Position numbers and translations under genes: made by a program. DNA of 64,000 nt, taken from the NCBI GenBank assembly GCA_963745075.1, contig CAVUWV010000036.1, positions 333,813-397,812 on the forward strand, read 5' to 3'. The stretch comes from Candidatus Hydrogenedentota bacterium (GTDB taxonomy: Bacteria > Hydrogenedentota > Hydrogenedentia > Hydrogenedentales > SLHB01). Below the pieces are notes generated by a model that ran no database searches, was not told where the DNA came from, and worked only from the letters and a program-made list of their open reading frames with translations. Each line of letters starts with the position of its first letter. Positions within the stretch are counted from its first letter, which is position 1. This document shows, in pieces, positions 33,683 to 43,979 of this stretch.

Positions 33683-33799
33683 TTTCTTATTCACTTTATT
33701 AATCTGGGTAAAAGTAGTCTCAGCCTGAAGCAAATAAAAACAGAATAGATGTATGGGGAGATTTTATCGACGGAAGGGGAATGTTTGGGTAGGAAGGGC

Positions 33800-34406
33800 A
33801 GTTGTAACTCAGTTGTTTATTCGGTTGCTTATTTCGGTTGTTTGTTCAGTTGTTTATTACTCGCTCGCACAAGGCCGGGCCACGACCCGGATGCTACTCC
33901 CTCACACATACCTGGCCACAGCCTGGTCGTGAGCTTGACCCGCGCAAAGTCTACCCCGCTTACCAAAGCTCAAGGTTCGTGATGCTTGCCCACACCGGGC
34001 CCTCACATAAGCCAAGGGCAAGGATTCAGTTGTTTCATGAGTTTCAGATTGTTTCAGGTTGTTTCAGGGTTCAAATTAACGCAAAGCCCTCCTTGTCACT
34101 TTGTTACTTAAGTTACTCACTCCCGCATGGCCAGGCCACAACCCGTTCGTGATCCTTGCCTTCACCAGGCCCTCGCTCCTACCAAAGGCAAGGATTGTTA
34201 CCTTGTTACTATTTTCGCTCGTGATCCTTGCCCACACCAGGTCCTCGCTCGTGCCAAAGGCAAAGATTCAGTTGTTTGTTCAATTGATGGTTCAAGGTCT
34301 CGCTTGGACTCCATATTATTTATTTAAGTGTTTGAAGGTTTGAGGTTGTTTGAAATGGTTACAAATGGTTCCAGATGGTTTCAAGTTGTTTCAAGTTGTT
34401 TCAGGC
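33800..34406. repeat. Largest mosaic repeat island
   Basis: 12-bp repeats, TACTC..GGCCAC units, three ATCCTTGCC..GGCAAGGAT-type hairpins, 85-bp composite at 34112-34196, 10-bp repeats. Confidence 0.8.
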
Positions 34407-34580
34407 AGCTAAAAATACACGCCGGTTGTTTTTTTGACGAACGGAATACAATACTTGCCGGTTTTTGATCGTTTACCTGATAATCCTGTGACCGTTACAG
34501 GATCCGTTTGCGCAAATGAACCGTTTAATGTGAATTGGTTAACTGAACCGAACCTATTATTAATTAAAATTCTTTAAACC

Positions 34581-35660
34581 ATGAAAAGGAAGCTCAATAT
34601 TATTGGTGCAGTTCTTCTTTCAGCATCGCTGCTTTGGAGTTGTACTGAAAGTAAGATTGCCGGACCGCAGAAAAGTCTCAAAGAATCTCTGACAGCCGGC
34701 AGTGAAAAGGTAAATACTGCGATTGATGAAATTGCAAAAACACCCGGTTACAGTGTCCTGAATATGGGACAGGATGCCGCACTCAAGGCAGGAACAACTG
34801 ATACGGTTGAATATTTTGACAGTATCTCTCTTGCTGACATCAGTGGTATATACGAGTACCGGTTCGCCCAGGCGAACTACCGTTGCCACAGTTGTTTCCA
34901 CAGAAAATTCGTGAAAACAGGAGACAGTTCGCTGTTGATTGTTATGCTGCCTGAAAAACAGGTATTCCATCCTTACAGGCTGCATCATATGTATGCAGAA
35001 GATTCAACCCTGGAAAACAATTTCAAGATCACAGCCACTGATTATCACTACTTTTTCAACAGGGGTCTGATGTACGACTACAAGCTTACCGCAGGCCTCA
35101 TGCTTGACAGCACCGATATCGGCAGCATGGATATTGAGTCGAACCGAGACTCCTGGAAAGAGTTCAACTACAGTTCTTCCTACAATTTCAGTAACGATTA
35201 CAGCATCAACTTCTCCAGGATGACCGGAGACACTTCACTATTCAGCTTTTCGTTAATGAACGGAACCGATGTACTGCTCAAAGAATCGCTCCAGACCGTT
35301 AAGAATGATACCGCCTGGGGTCGGGAGAAGGAATATACGCTTGCCATCGGAAATGTGGAAATAGTAAGAAATACCTCAACCGATAGTATTGCGGTTTATG
35401 TAGATGGTGTATTGCAAAAAAATGCTACTGTTGATTTTATCTATAGCGAACCCAACAGGGGTGATTGCCGGTTTACAGCAAGCACCCGGGACATTCAGAT
35501 CACTTTTGATGACGGCACACAAACCACGCTCTCAGAACTTATCGGTCCTTCGATGGATATCCTTAAAAACCTGGTAAGCTCAATGCATAACATGTACTTT
35601 GCATCTAATGTGGTTGACTATATAGCCTGGAACATCCACAAAGGGCGCATCAGTAAGTAA
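34581..35660 (+). CDS. Hypothetical lipoprotein
   Basis: Lipobox LLWSC; 359-aa ORF; no family recognised. Confidence 0.75.
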   Translation: MKRKLNIIGAVLLSASLLWSCTESKIAGPQKSLKESLTAGSEKVNTAIDEIAKTPGYSVLNMGQDAALKAGTTDTVEYFDSISLADISGIYEYRFAQANYRCHSCFHRKFVKTGDSSLLIVMLPEKQVFHPYRLHHMYAEDSTLENNFKITATDYHYFFNRGLMYDYKLTAGLMLDSTDIGSMDIESNRDSWKEFNYSSSYNFSNDYSINFSRMTGDTSLFSFSLMNGTDVLLKESLQTVKNDTAWGREKEYTLAIGNVEIVRNTSTDSIAVYVDGVLQKNATVDFIYSEPNRGDCRFTASTRDIQITFDDGTQTTLSELIGPSMDILKNLVSSMHNMYFASNVVDYIAWNIHKGRISK

Positions 35661-35706
35661 GAAAATGGATTTGTCTTGCCCAATGCCTGGTTGAGTCAGA
35701 CAATCC

Positions 35707-35749
35707 AAAAGCAGGGAGGTTTATGAAAGGCTTCCCTGCTTTCTTTTTT
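35707..35749. terminator. Probable bidirectional intrinsic terminator
   Basis: AAAAGCAGGGAGG..GCTTCCCTGCTTTCTTTTTT between convergent genes. Confidence 0.7.
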
Positions 35750-35758
35750 CAGGAATGG

Positions 35759-36763
35759 TTATTCTTTCAAAAAATTAATAAGCGGTGTAATAAACCTGTC
35801 AAATGCTTCAATATGTGGCAGGTGTCCGACATTATCCAGTTCAACCAGTCTACTGTTTTTAATCTTCTGGTGGGTGATTTTTCCAAGTTCCGGATAGTTT
35901 CCCATTGTTTTTCTCACTTCCGGACTGACCAGTGATTTTCCCAGGGCTGTACGGTCCCGTTGTCCGATAATCAGCAGTGTAGGCCTTTCTATATTCTCAA
36001 ACTCATAGCAGACGGGCTGGGTGAATATCATGTCGTAAGTAAGGGCAGCAACCCAGGCAATACGAGGATAATCAATATTCAGCGTCCAGCCGGCCAGAAT
36101 ATTTACCCATTCATCATAAGCAGGCTTCCAGTGATTCCCGTAATAACTTTCCATCTGGTATTTTTTAATTGACTGATAATTCTTATTCAATTCATTATGA
36201 TACCACCAATCGACAGGTTTGTAGGGCACATTCACTTTCCAGTCTTCCAGCCCGATAGGATCTTCAAGGATAAATTTGTCTGTTCTCTCCGGGAACATTA
36301 GCACAAACCTGGTAGCTACCATTCCTCCCATTGAATGACCCAGGACGCTTATCCGGTCAATCCCGAGTGTATCAAGCAGTGCTTTGGTATTAAGAGCCAG
36401 TTGCTGAAAAGTATACTGGTAATGAATGGGCTTAGATGATTTACCAAACCCAATCTGATCAGGTATTACTACTCTGAAGCCTTCGTCAGCCAGCCTCTCC
36501 GCTGTTTGTCCCCAATATGCACCGTTGAAATTTTTACCATGCAACAACATAATGCTCTTCCCGTTAGGATGCTCCGGCTGAACATCCATATAAGCCATCT
36601 TGTATTGTTGTTGCTGATTGTGTATTGTAATATACCGGACTGTATAGGGATATGTATAATTTTCCAGGTTAAGGGCCATTACTTTCAGGCTGTCAGGCTG
36701 ACCGGCAACATTTATTATCAGCAGCCCTGTAAGAATAAATAATAGAAAGCTTTTTTTAAACAT
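35759..36763 (-). CDS. Alpha/beta hydrolase, exported
   Basis: LLHGKNF, PDQIGFGKS, GHSMGG nucleophile elbow, GHLPH. Confidence 0.9.
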   Translation of the reverse strand: MFKKSFLLFILTGLLIINVAGQPDSLKVMALNLENYTYPYTVRYITIHNQQQQYKMAYMDVQPEHPNGKSIMLLHGKNFNGAYWGQTAERLADEGFRVVIPDQIGFGKSSKPIHYQYTFQQLALNTKALLDTLGIDRISVLGHSMGGMVATRFVLMFPERTDKFILEDPIGLEDWKVNVPYKPVDWWYHNELNKNYQSIKKYQMESYYGNHWKPAYDEWVNILAGWTLNIDYPRIAWVAALTYDMIFTQPVCYEFENIERPTLLIIGQRDRTALGKSLVSPEVRKTMGNYPELGKITHQKIKNSRLVELDNVGHLPHIEAFDRFITPLINFLKE

Positions 36764-36954
36764 GATTCAGATTTTAGGGTTTATTCCATCAACAAACTGC
36801 CTGTATGATTGTTTGCAAATGAATAATGAAGAATAAACAGGGTTTCTGACCAGATTTATAAGAACAATAAAAGCATGAAAGCCACGGACAGCATGTCCGC
36901 GGCAGGTGGAAGATATACTGGAAAGACAAATAAGCTATTTTACCAGAAACTTAA

Positions 36955-37033
36955 TTCTACAGCCTCTATAACTTCTACCTCCTCTACCTCCTCTACAGCT
37001 TTTACAGCCTTTACAACCTCTATAACTTCTACC
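36955..37033. repeat. Degenerate 9-bp tandem repeat (TCTACAnCY)
   Basis: About nine units; a related tract lies near 43121-43162. Confidence 0.65.
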
Positions 37034-39526
37034 TCACAACTTCTCCGCAGCCAGTACCAGCAACATAAAATTAGTAGACCCGCCCCCCAGCACATATTCA
37101 GTTTGCTGCCAGAAGAAAGGCCATTTTTTCAGTTCCGCAAAATCCGGACGTATCAGGGCTGTTCCGGAAACTACTCCACCGGGAATGTACGACCAGTCAG
37201 CGCGGTTAAACCCGTAAGCTACTGTTACTGAGTTCTCCCCTACCCCTGAAGCAAATGAAGCGCTGTTTTGCCCGGGATGACAACCCAGCACAAAATTCAG
37301 CGCATGCAGGTAGTAATCCTTGCTGATCTGGTCAGGAAAATAGGTACTCAGAAAATAATTTTTCACACCGTTGCTCTGGATATCCCATCCGGCACCCCAG
37401 ATATTGGGCTTGTAAGGCACACCAAAGGGAGTCAGGCCTGAAAGGCTGTCAATTTGTTTTCCCAGATCCCGGGCAGCCTGTTTGACAGAATTTTTCATGG
37501 CACCATCACCCAGGTCATTCATGATACTGCCCAGCCGCCAACCGATCTGATTAAACGAAGAAACCGTCTGATCCGGATGATTTTCAATAAATGTAAGATA
37601 TTGTTTGTCTTTGGTGGTATTATACAATTCAACAGCCAGTCTGAGCAGATCAGCGTCCACTGTGCTCTGATACTGTTGCCAGGTTGCTTTAGCTATGGAA
37701 AGTGCTTCCCGGGCCATTTGGCCGTTCAGTTCCCCAATCACCCGTGATGCAGTTGCCAGTGCAATGCCAGCCGTCAGATCATGTCCACGGTTTTGTTGTG
37801 TAAACACCCATCTGTCATCAGCCTTGCCTGCTGAAAAAATATTCTCATCAGCTTTCTTTTCTGAAGGTGTATACACTCTGTTATCCGTCATGTTGGCAGC
37901 ATCACCCAGCATTACATACTGATCAAGCGACGGACAGATGATGCCCCGGTAAAAACGACCCAGCGATTCATATCCACCCATAATGGTCAGCATTCCGTGT
38001 TCCACCTGCTGCAACACATCCGGTATGCCATCGGGTTGATGCATCTTCACCTGGTGGTTTTGTTCATCAATAGTAGTTACATCATAATCCGGCTTAAATG
38101 TCTCGTATGCCAGAGAAAGCAGGTAAACCGTGTTGGCCTGCGATTCAATCCGCAAGTCAAAATCACCGGCATCATGCCAGCCGCCTGCATCCAGTCCGGG
38201 AACATGTTCACCTGATTTAAAGGGAGACAATGTTGAAGGACCCTGGATGTATCCATCAAAATGATTGGAATCAACCGGTGCCATCCGGGCATCATCCATA
38301 TGGCACAGGCCGTGCCATATGCGATATCGGTCTTTAACGATCATGTGGCACATCTGCACCGGCAGGAAATATTCCAGTACTGGCTGCCATACACCTTGCT
38401 GATAGACAGCGTTACTGATCTCAAAGAGATTGGAATGCACTTTTCCATAAGTGAAATAATATATTCCGGGCTCACTGACTGATGAAAAATCGGATTTCAG
38501 GTAATTATACCGCAGAAATCTGCCCCAGGAGGCAGGTTGGCGGGAGAATACTTCGTGCTCACTTCCATTTTCATCCACCCTGAGCAGTTTAATTGCTGCA
38601 TCTTTGGTATCATTCTTATCTTTTTCAACCACCACCGATTTGGGTTGTGAAGGCTGATAACCGACCTGCGAAACATGAATAACCGGCTTTTCGACAAAGC
38701 CTTTTATAACTGAAGGTTCCACCAGCCAGTCAATGACATTCCCATCCTTGTCAGCAGCTGCTTTGGCATTCACAATAAACCAGCCATTGCTGTGCTCAGC
38801 CCTGCCGTCAATCATGTTCAGGTCCGACAGGTTACTGGTGATTGTAAGCTGAAGTTTTTCATCACCCGGAGCAATAACCAGTTTTTTACCTGCAGCCATT
38901 GGTTTAGCGACAAACTTGTCTTCTCCCGTTTTGTCAACCGGACTGTCGAACTGCCTGGGAAAAATTCCTGACTCACCATCCATATAAAAACGTTTGCCGA
39001 AATATACACCAGGGAATAATTCCAGGTTAAATCCAACCTTGCCCAGCCACTCTTTTGGCAAGGGCTTATCCAGTTTCACCGTGATACGGAAAGCTTTACC
39101 TTCAGCTTTAACTGATACCTCATAAGGCAGATAAAGATCCGGATAGAAGATGGGATTAAATCCTTTCCCGTTGCGGGATGAATCAGGGAACACCATTCTC
39201 ACTGAGATGATCTGGTTTATAGAATCCACCTCACGAGCAGCCTGCCGCGGGATGGGTGACCACTGCCCCGGAGCCTCTTCCAGTCTCAGGTCGCCATTGG
39301 TAGCAACCCGTACTCCGTTCTGTATAAAGCTGACACCTCCCTGATGTCCTTCAGGATAGTAATCCTGCCCAAGCATCACGTTCAGACCAGGCATTTCAAA
39401 ATACCCCTGGTCATTCAGGGCAAGATTATTTTTATCTGTTTGCCTGTTGCAACCGGTGAAGATCATTCCGGTAAATATGATCAACAGAAAAAGATATTTT
39501 GTGTTGTTAGTCTTGTAGTTAGTCAT
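37034..39526 (-). CDS. GH9-family glycoside hydrolase lipoprotein
   Basis: Lipobox FTGC; HVSQVGY Ig-like start; GGWHDAGD catalytic motif; FVLGCHP. Confidence 0.85.
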   Translation of the reverse strand: MTNYKTNNTKYLFLLIIFTGMIFTGCNRQTDKNNLALNDQGYFEMPGLNVMLGQDYYPEGHQGGVSFIQNGVRVATNGDLRLEEAPGQWSPIPRQAAREVDSINQIISVRMVFPDSSRNGKGFNPIFYPDLYLPYEVSVKAEGKAFRITVKLDKPLPKEWLGKVGFNLELFPGVYFGKRFYMDGESGIFPRQFDSPVDKTGEDKFVAKPMAAGKKLVIAPGDEKLQLTITSNLSDLNMIDGRAEHSNGWFIVNAKAAADKDGNVIDWLVEPSVIKGFVEKPVIHVSQVGYQPSQPKSVVVEKDKNDTKDAAIKLLRVDENGSEHEVFSRQPASWGRFLRYNYLKSDFSSVSEPGIYYFTYGKVHSNLFEISNAVYQQGVWQPVLEYFLPVQMCHMIVKDRYRIWHGLCHMDDARMAPVDSNHFDGYIQGPSTLSPFKSGEHVPGLDAGGWHDAGDFDLRIESQANTVYLLSLAYETFKPDYDVTTIDEQNHQVKMHQPDGIPDVLQQVEHGMLTIMGGYESLGRFYRGIICPSLDQYVMLGDAANMTDNRVYTPSEKKADENIFSAGKADDRWVFTQQNRGHDLTAGIALATASRVIGELNGQMAREALSIAKATWQQYQSTVDADLLRLAVELYNTTKDKQYLTFIENHPDQTVSSFNQIGWRLGSIMNDLGDGAMKNSVKQAARDLGKQIDSLSGLTPFGVPYKPNIWGAGWDIQSNGVKNYFLSTYFPDQISKDYYLHALNFVLGCHPGQNSASFASGVGENSVTVAYGFNRADWSYIPGGVVSGTALIRPDFAELKKWPFFWQQTEYVLGGGSTNFMLLVLAAEKL

Positions 39527-39850
39527 GTTTAAAATAAATTTATGAAAAGCGTAACGGGTATGAAGATAGTAAAAATAAGATTAGTGACAAGCCTGTTTTA
39601 ACCCAGTCAGAATTTAGCTGTTAAGATCTTACAAATATTTTTTACAGACCGGTATTATTTTTTTAAATGCCAGTAGTAATTTATCAAATCCATACAGTCT
39701 CATTCCTTCGTGATGCCCAAAACAAAAGGCAAACCATTCTGTCTTACTTAATGATCAGAGCTTCCAGGAATTTGAAATCCGCCAAAATACAATTATATTT
39801 ATGATCTGATATTAAGTTGTATAAATTGATCATTTTATAATACTACTAAC

Positions 39851-40981
39851 ATGAAAAAACTACTCACATTGACTTTTCTATTGGCCTTGTTGTATTCGTG
39901 CACTAATAAAGCACAGGACATGCCCATTGACAAACAGGCCACACAGGAGACAGTTAATCTTTATAACAATCTGAAAAAAATAGAAAAAAGAGGCTTTATG
40001 GTTGGTCACCAGGACGACCTGGCCTATGGCGTAAACTGGAAGTATGAGCCGGGCCGAAGTGATATTCATGATATTACCGGGGATTACCCTGCCGTATATG
40101 GCTGGGAGCTGGGACATCTGGAGATTGGTGCACCGGTGAACCTGGACAGTGTCCCCTTTGCCAAAATGAGGGAATTCATTCAGGAAGGTTATGAACGCGG
40201 AGGAGTGATCACGATAAGCTGGCACGGCAATAATCCCCTTACCGGCAAAACTGCCTGGGATCCGAAGGAAGGTACAGTGGAAGCCATCCTTCCCGGCGGT
40301 GAAAAGAATGATGTGTTCAACGCGCAACTTGATAAAGTAGCAGCATTCCTGCAAAGCCTCAAAGGAAAAAACGGTGAACCCATACCAATATTGTTCCGGC
40401 CGTTCCACGAACATACCGGCGGGTGGTTCTGGTGGGGAAACCGTACGACCAGCAATGAATCATACAAAAAACTTTTCCGTTATACCGTTGATTATCTGAA
40501 AGATAAAAAACAACTTCATAACCTGCTTTATGTCTACAATACAGGAAGTGAATTTTCTTCACCGGAAGAATACCTGGAACGCTATCCCGGTGATGATGTA
40601 GTGGATATGCTGAGTTTTGACATCTACCAGCGGGGAGATGCAGCCAAAGACAGCTCCTATACCTATTCTCTTGACAAACACCTGGGCATCATTGAAAAGC
40701 TGGCGGCTGAAAAGAACAAGATAGCCACGGTGGGCGAAACCGGCTATTCCCAGATTCCCTATGCCCAGTGGTTTACCAGAAGGGTATACCCCGGACTTAA
40801 AAACCACAAATTCTCTTATGTCCTGTTCTGGCGAAACGCAGGTTACAAACCACAAAATGATGAGATTGAATATTATGTGCCTTATAAGGGCCAGCTTTCT
40901 GAAGAAGATTTTCTTAAATTCTATAACCTGCCTCAGACACTTTTTCAGAGTGATCTGACTTATGACGAAGTATATAAATAA
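39851..40981 (+). CDS. GH26 beta-mannanase
   Basis: GHQDD, ITISWH, FRPFHEHTGGWFWWG, YPGDDVVD, GETG. Confidence 0.92.
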   Translation: MKKLLTLTFLLALLYSCTNKAQDMPIDKQATQETVNLYNNLKKIEKRGFMVGHQDDLAYGVNWKYEPGRSDIHDITGDYPAVYGWELGHLEIGAPVNLDSVPFAKMREFIQEGYERGGVITISWHGNNPLTGKTAWDPKEGTVEAILPGGEKNDVFNAQLDKVAAFLQSLKGKNGEPIPILFRPFHEHTGGWFWWGNRTTSNESYKKLFRYTVDYLKDKKQLHNLLYVYNTGSEFSSPEEYLERYPGDDVVDMLSFDIYQRGDAAKDSSYTYSLDKHLGIIEKLAAEKNKIATVGETGYSQIPYAQWFTRRVYPGLKNHKFSYVLFWRNAGYKPQNDEIEYYVPYKGQLSEEDFLKFYNLPQTLFQSDLTYDEVYK

Positions 40982-40986
40982 CTATT

Positions 40987-42990
40987 ATGAAAATAATGCT
41001 GCCTAAAACAAATAAACTGATAGTATTGCTGCTGGCAATCATCATGCCGGTTGCTGTCCGGGCGATGGTACAGCCAAAAAACTATGAAGTTAAATCGCCT
41101 GACGGCAAAGTAATCCTGAAAGTTGAGACCGGCAATAAGCTACTCTGGTCAGTTGAATACATGGGGCAACCTGCTATTGCCCCTTCAGGTATATCGCTAA
41201 CGCTGGGAGACGGAGAAGTGCTGGGGGATGATACCCATGTAAAATCCGCCAAAACAGAAGAGATCAATTCACAGTTCAATGCCATTAACTTCAGGCGGAC
41301 TGTTGTGAAGGATCACTGTAACCAGCTTACCATGCAATGCAAAAACGATTTTGGAGTGATATTCAGGGTGTATGATGATGCTGTGGCCTACCGCTTCTTC
41401 ACCAAAAAGAAAGGTAATATTATTGTAAAACAGGAAGAGGCCAATTTCAATTTCACTACTGATCATCGGGCTTTCATTCCTTATCTGCGTGATTATCGCG
41501 GAGGCCAGCTCTTCAATGCTTCATTTGAATCGCCCTACAGGGTTCAGAAACTGTCGGAGTTTGAGCGGGATTCATTGTCGATTCTCCCCATGCTGGTCGA
41601 CCTGGGAGACAATATAAAAGTAGAGATTCTGGAAGCCGACCTGGAAGATTATCCGGGTATGTACCTGGTGCTGAATGAAACCGGCAAAGGACTGAAGGGC
41701 CTTTTCGCCCCCTATCCGCTGGAGACGAAAGCAGGCGGTTTTAATATGATGAACCTGATCCCGGTAAAGAGAGCGGATTACATTGCCAACACTACAGGCG
41801 CCCGCAACTTCCCCTGGCGGGCCGTATTGCTCAGCAACGCCGACAAAGAATTACTGAACAACGACATCGTGCAGAAACTGGCCTCCCCGCCCCGTATTGA
41901 GGATGTTTCCTGGATCGTACCCGGACAGGTTGCCTGGGACTGGTGGGATGGTTATGATATTTTCCACGTTAATTTTAAAGCCGGCAAGAATACTCCTACA
42001 TACAAATATTATATTGATTTTGCAAGCGCGAATCATGCGAAGTACATTATCCTGGATGAAGGATGGTCAGATATTTTTGACCTGAACAAACTAAATCCTG
42101 ATATAGACCTGAATGAGATCCTCAGGTATGCCAAAGAGAAAAATGTCGGGGTTATCCTCTGGGCCTCATGGGTTGCCATCACCAATCAGATGGAAGATGT
42201 TTTTCCAAAATACGCTGCCATGGGTGTCAAAGGCTGGAAGATCGATTTTGTGGACCGCGACGACCAGCTGGCTGTTGCCTCTACTTATGCCATCGCCAAA
42301 CTGGCAGCCCAAAACCATTTGATGGTAGATTTCCACGGGATATACAAACCAACAGGATTGCAACGAACTTATCCTAATGTGGTTGGTTACGAAGGTGTCT
42401 ATGGCATGGAGAATTTCAAGTGGGCCGACATGAATATGCCTGAATATGTGGTCACTATTCCTTTTATCCGCAACGTAGCCGGACCAATGGATTACACCTC
42501 TGGTTCAATGCGCAATGTGACACAGGCTGATTTTGTGGCAAGGAACCACGCCCCGCTGACTAAAGGCACCCGCTGCAACCAGCTGGCCCAGTATGTGGTT
42601 TTTGAAGTCCCTATACAAATGTTGTCTGACAGTCCGACAGCCTATATGAAAGAACAGGAATGCACCGATTTTATAACAAGCATCCCTACCACTTTTGATG
42701 AAACAGTTCCGCTGGATGGCATCGTTGGAGACTATGTGGCTGTTGCCAGAAAGAAAGTAGACACCTGGTATATCGGTGCCATGACCGACTGGAGTCCACG
42801 GGACCTGACTATCGACCTTTCATTCCTCGGTGATGGCAATTACCAGGCTGTACTCTTTAAAGACGGGATCAATACAGACACCGAAGCAAAGGATTATAAG
42901 AAAGAGGTAATACCTGTTAAAAAAGGGGATAAGCTGAATATCCATATGGCACCCGGAGGCGGATGGGCGGCGAGGATTGAGAAACAGTAG
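40987..42990 (+). CDS. GH97 glycoside hydrolase
   Basis: SPDG, AWDWW, LDEGW, KIDF, DFHG, RTYPN, GPMDYT, APGGG. Confidence 0.92.
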   Translation: MKIMLPKTNKLIVLLLAIIMPVAVRAMVQPKNYEVKSPDGKVILKVETGNKLLWSVEYMGQPAIAPSGISLTLGDGEVLGDDTHVKSAKTEEINSQFNAINFRRTVVKDHCNQLTMQCKNDFGVIFRVYDDAVAYRFFTKKKGNIIVKQEEANFNFTTDHRAFIPYLRDYRGGQLFNASFESPYRVQKLSEFERDSLSILPMLVDLGDNIKVEILEADLEDYPGMYLVLNETGKGLKGLFAPYPLETKAGGFNMMNLIPVKRADYIANTTGARNFPWRAVLLSNADKELLNNDIVQKLASPPRIEDVSWIVPGQVAWDWWDGYDIFHVNFKAGKNTPTYKYYIDFASANHAKYIILDEGWSDIFDLNKLNPDIDLNEILRYAKEKNVGVILWASWVAITNQMEDVFPKYAAMGVKGWKIDFVDRDDQLAVASTYAIAKLAAQNHLMVDFHGIYKPTGLQRTYPNVVGYEGVYGMENFKWADMNMPEYVVTIPFIRNVAGPMDYTSGSMRNVTQADFVARNHAPLTKGTRCNQLAQYVVFEVPIQMLSDSPTAYMKEQECTDFITSIPTTFDETVPLDGIVGDYVAVARKKVDTWYIGAMTDWSPRDLTIDLSFLGDGNYQAVLFKDGINTDTEAKDYKKEVIPVKKGDKLNIHMAPGGGWAARIEKQ

Positions 42991-43200
42991 ATTATTCAAT
43001 TGTTTACTCAGTAGTAAATGAATTGTTTATTTAGTTGTTTGAGGGATTGAAGTGGTTTGAAGTGGTTTGAAAAAGATGCTGTAGGTTTATAGTTGATCAG
43101 CTTTCACAAAGGATGTAATTTGTATAACCTCTATAACTTATATAGCCTGTATAATCTCTACAATATTGTATCGCTTTTCTATTTTTAGTAAATTTGAAAT

Positions 43201-43410
43201 ATGAGAACCATAAAAAACATCGAAACTAAAATTAAACAATTGACTCCTGATTTAATTGAGGAATTAGATAATTATTTGGATTACTTAATTCATAAAAGAG
43301 CTGACAAGAAATCAAAAAAATTGTCTCAGGACTGGGCTGGGGGATTAAAGGGAGAAAATTACACATCAGTTGATTTACAAAAAAAAGCGCTCGATTGGAG
43401 ACAAAAGTAA
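43201..43410 (+). CDS. DUF2281-like antitoxin
   Basis: IKQLTPDLIEELDNYLDYL...WAGGL...SVDLQKKALDWR; upstream of a PIN gene. Confidence 0.75.
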   Translation: MRTIKNIETKIKQLTPDLIEELDNYLDYLIHKRADKKSKKLSQDWAGGLKGENYTSVDLQKKALDWRQK

Positions 43411-43814
43411 AATACTTGATTGACACAAATATTTGGCTTGAGAGATTATTAGATCAGGACAAATCAGATATTGTTTCTCAATTTCTTGATACTGTTCCAT
43501 TAAACCAAATATTTTTAAGCGATTTTACCCTACATTCTATTGGAGTAATTCTGGCAAAATTCAATAAACTTGACATACTACATAAATTTATAAATGATTT
43601 ATTTTTCAATGGATTAATTGAGCAAATATTTCTTGATCCACATGATTTTGCTGATATTATTTCAAACATTGATAAATATAAGCTTGACTTTGATGATGCT
43701 TATCAATTAACTTTATCACAAAAATATGACTTGACAATCATAACATTTGACAAAGAATTTAATGCAAAAGGAATAAATAAAAAAACACCTGAGGATATAC
43801 TGAAAAAGTTATAA
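43395..43814 (+). CDS. VapC/PIN-domain toxin
   Basis: YLIDTNIWLE, LDFDDAYQ, IITFD; start codon uncertain (TTG). Confidence 0.85.
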   Translation: METKVKYLIDTNIWLERLLDQDKSDIVSQFLDTVPLNQIFLSDFTLHSIGVILAKFNKLDILHKFINDLFFNGLIEQIFLDPHDFADIISNIDKYKLDFDDAYQLTLSQKYDLTIITFDKEFNAKGINKKTPEDILKKL

Positions 43815-43979
43815 TTACCCCATCCTGCCTTATCTTTCTGGACTTATGAGTCTTTTCCTTTTAATAATTGAATGCTGCCTGTCGCGAGTCTCCATACTCG
43901 TAACTTCCGTTCTTATGAAAATTGAATTAACAAACCTTTAATAATCTGACAGAAAAAGAATACTTATTTTTCAACTGAT

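Noticed and set aside
33765..33800. LytTR binding direct repeat upstream of tolC (GGAAGGG twice, 21 nt apart)
   Set aside because: The spacing is plausible but the match is too short to support without comparative data.
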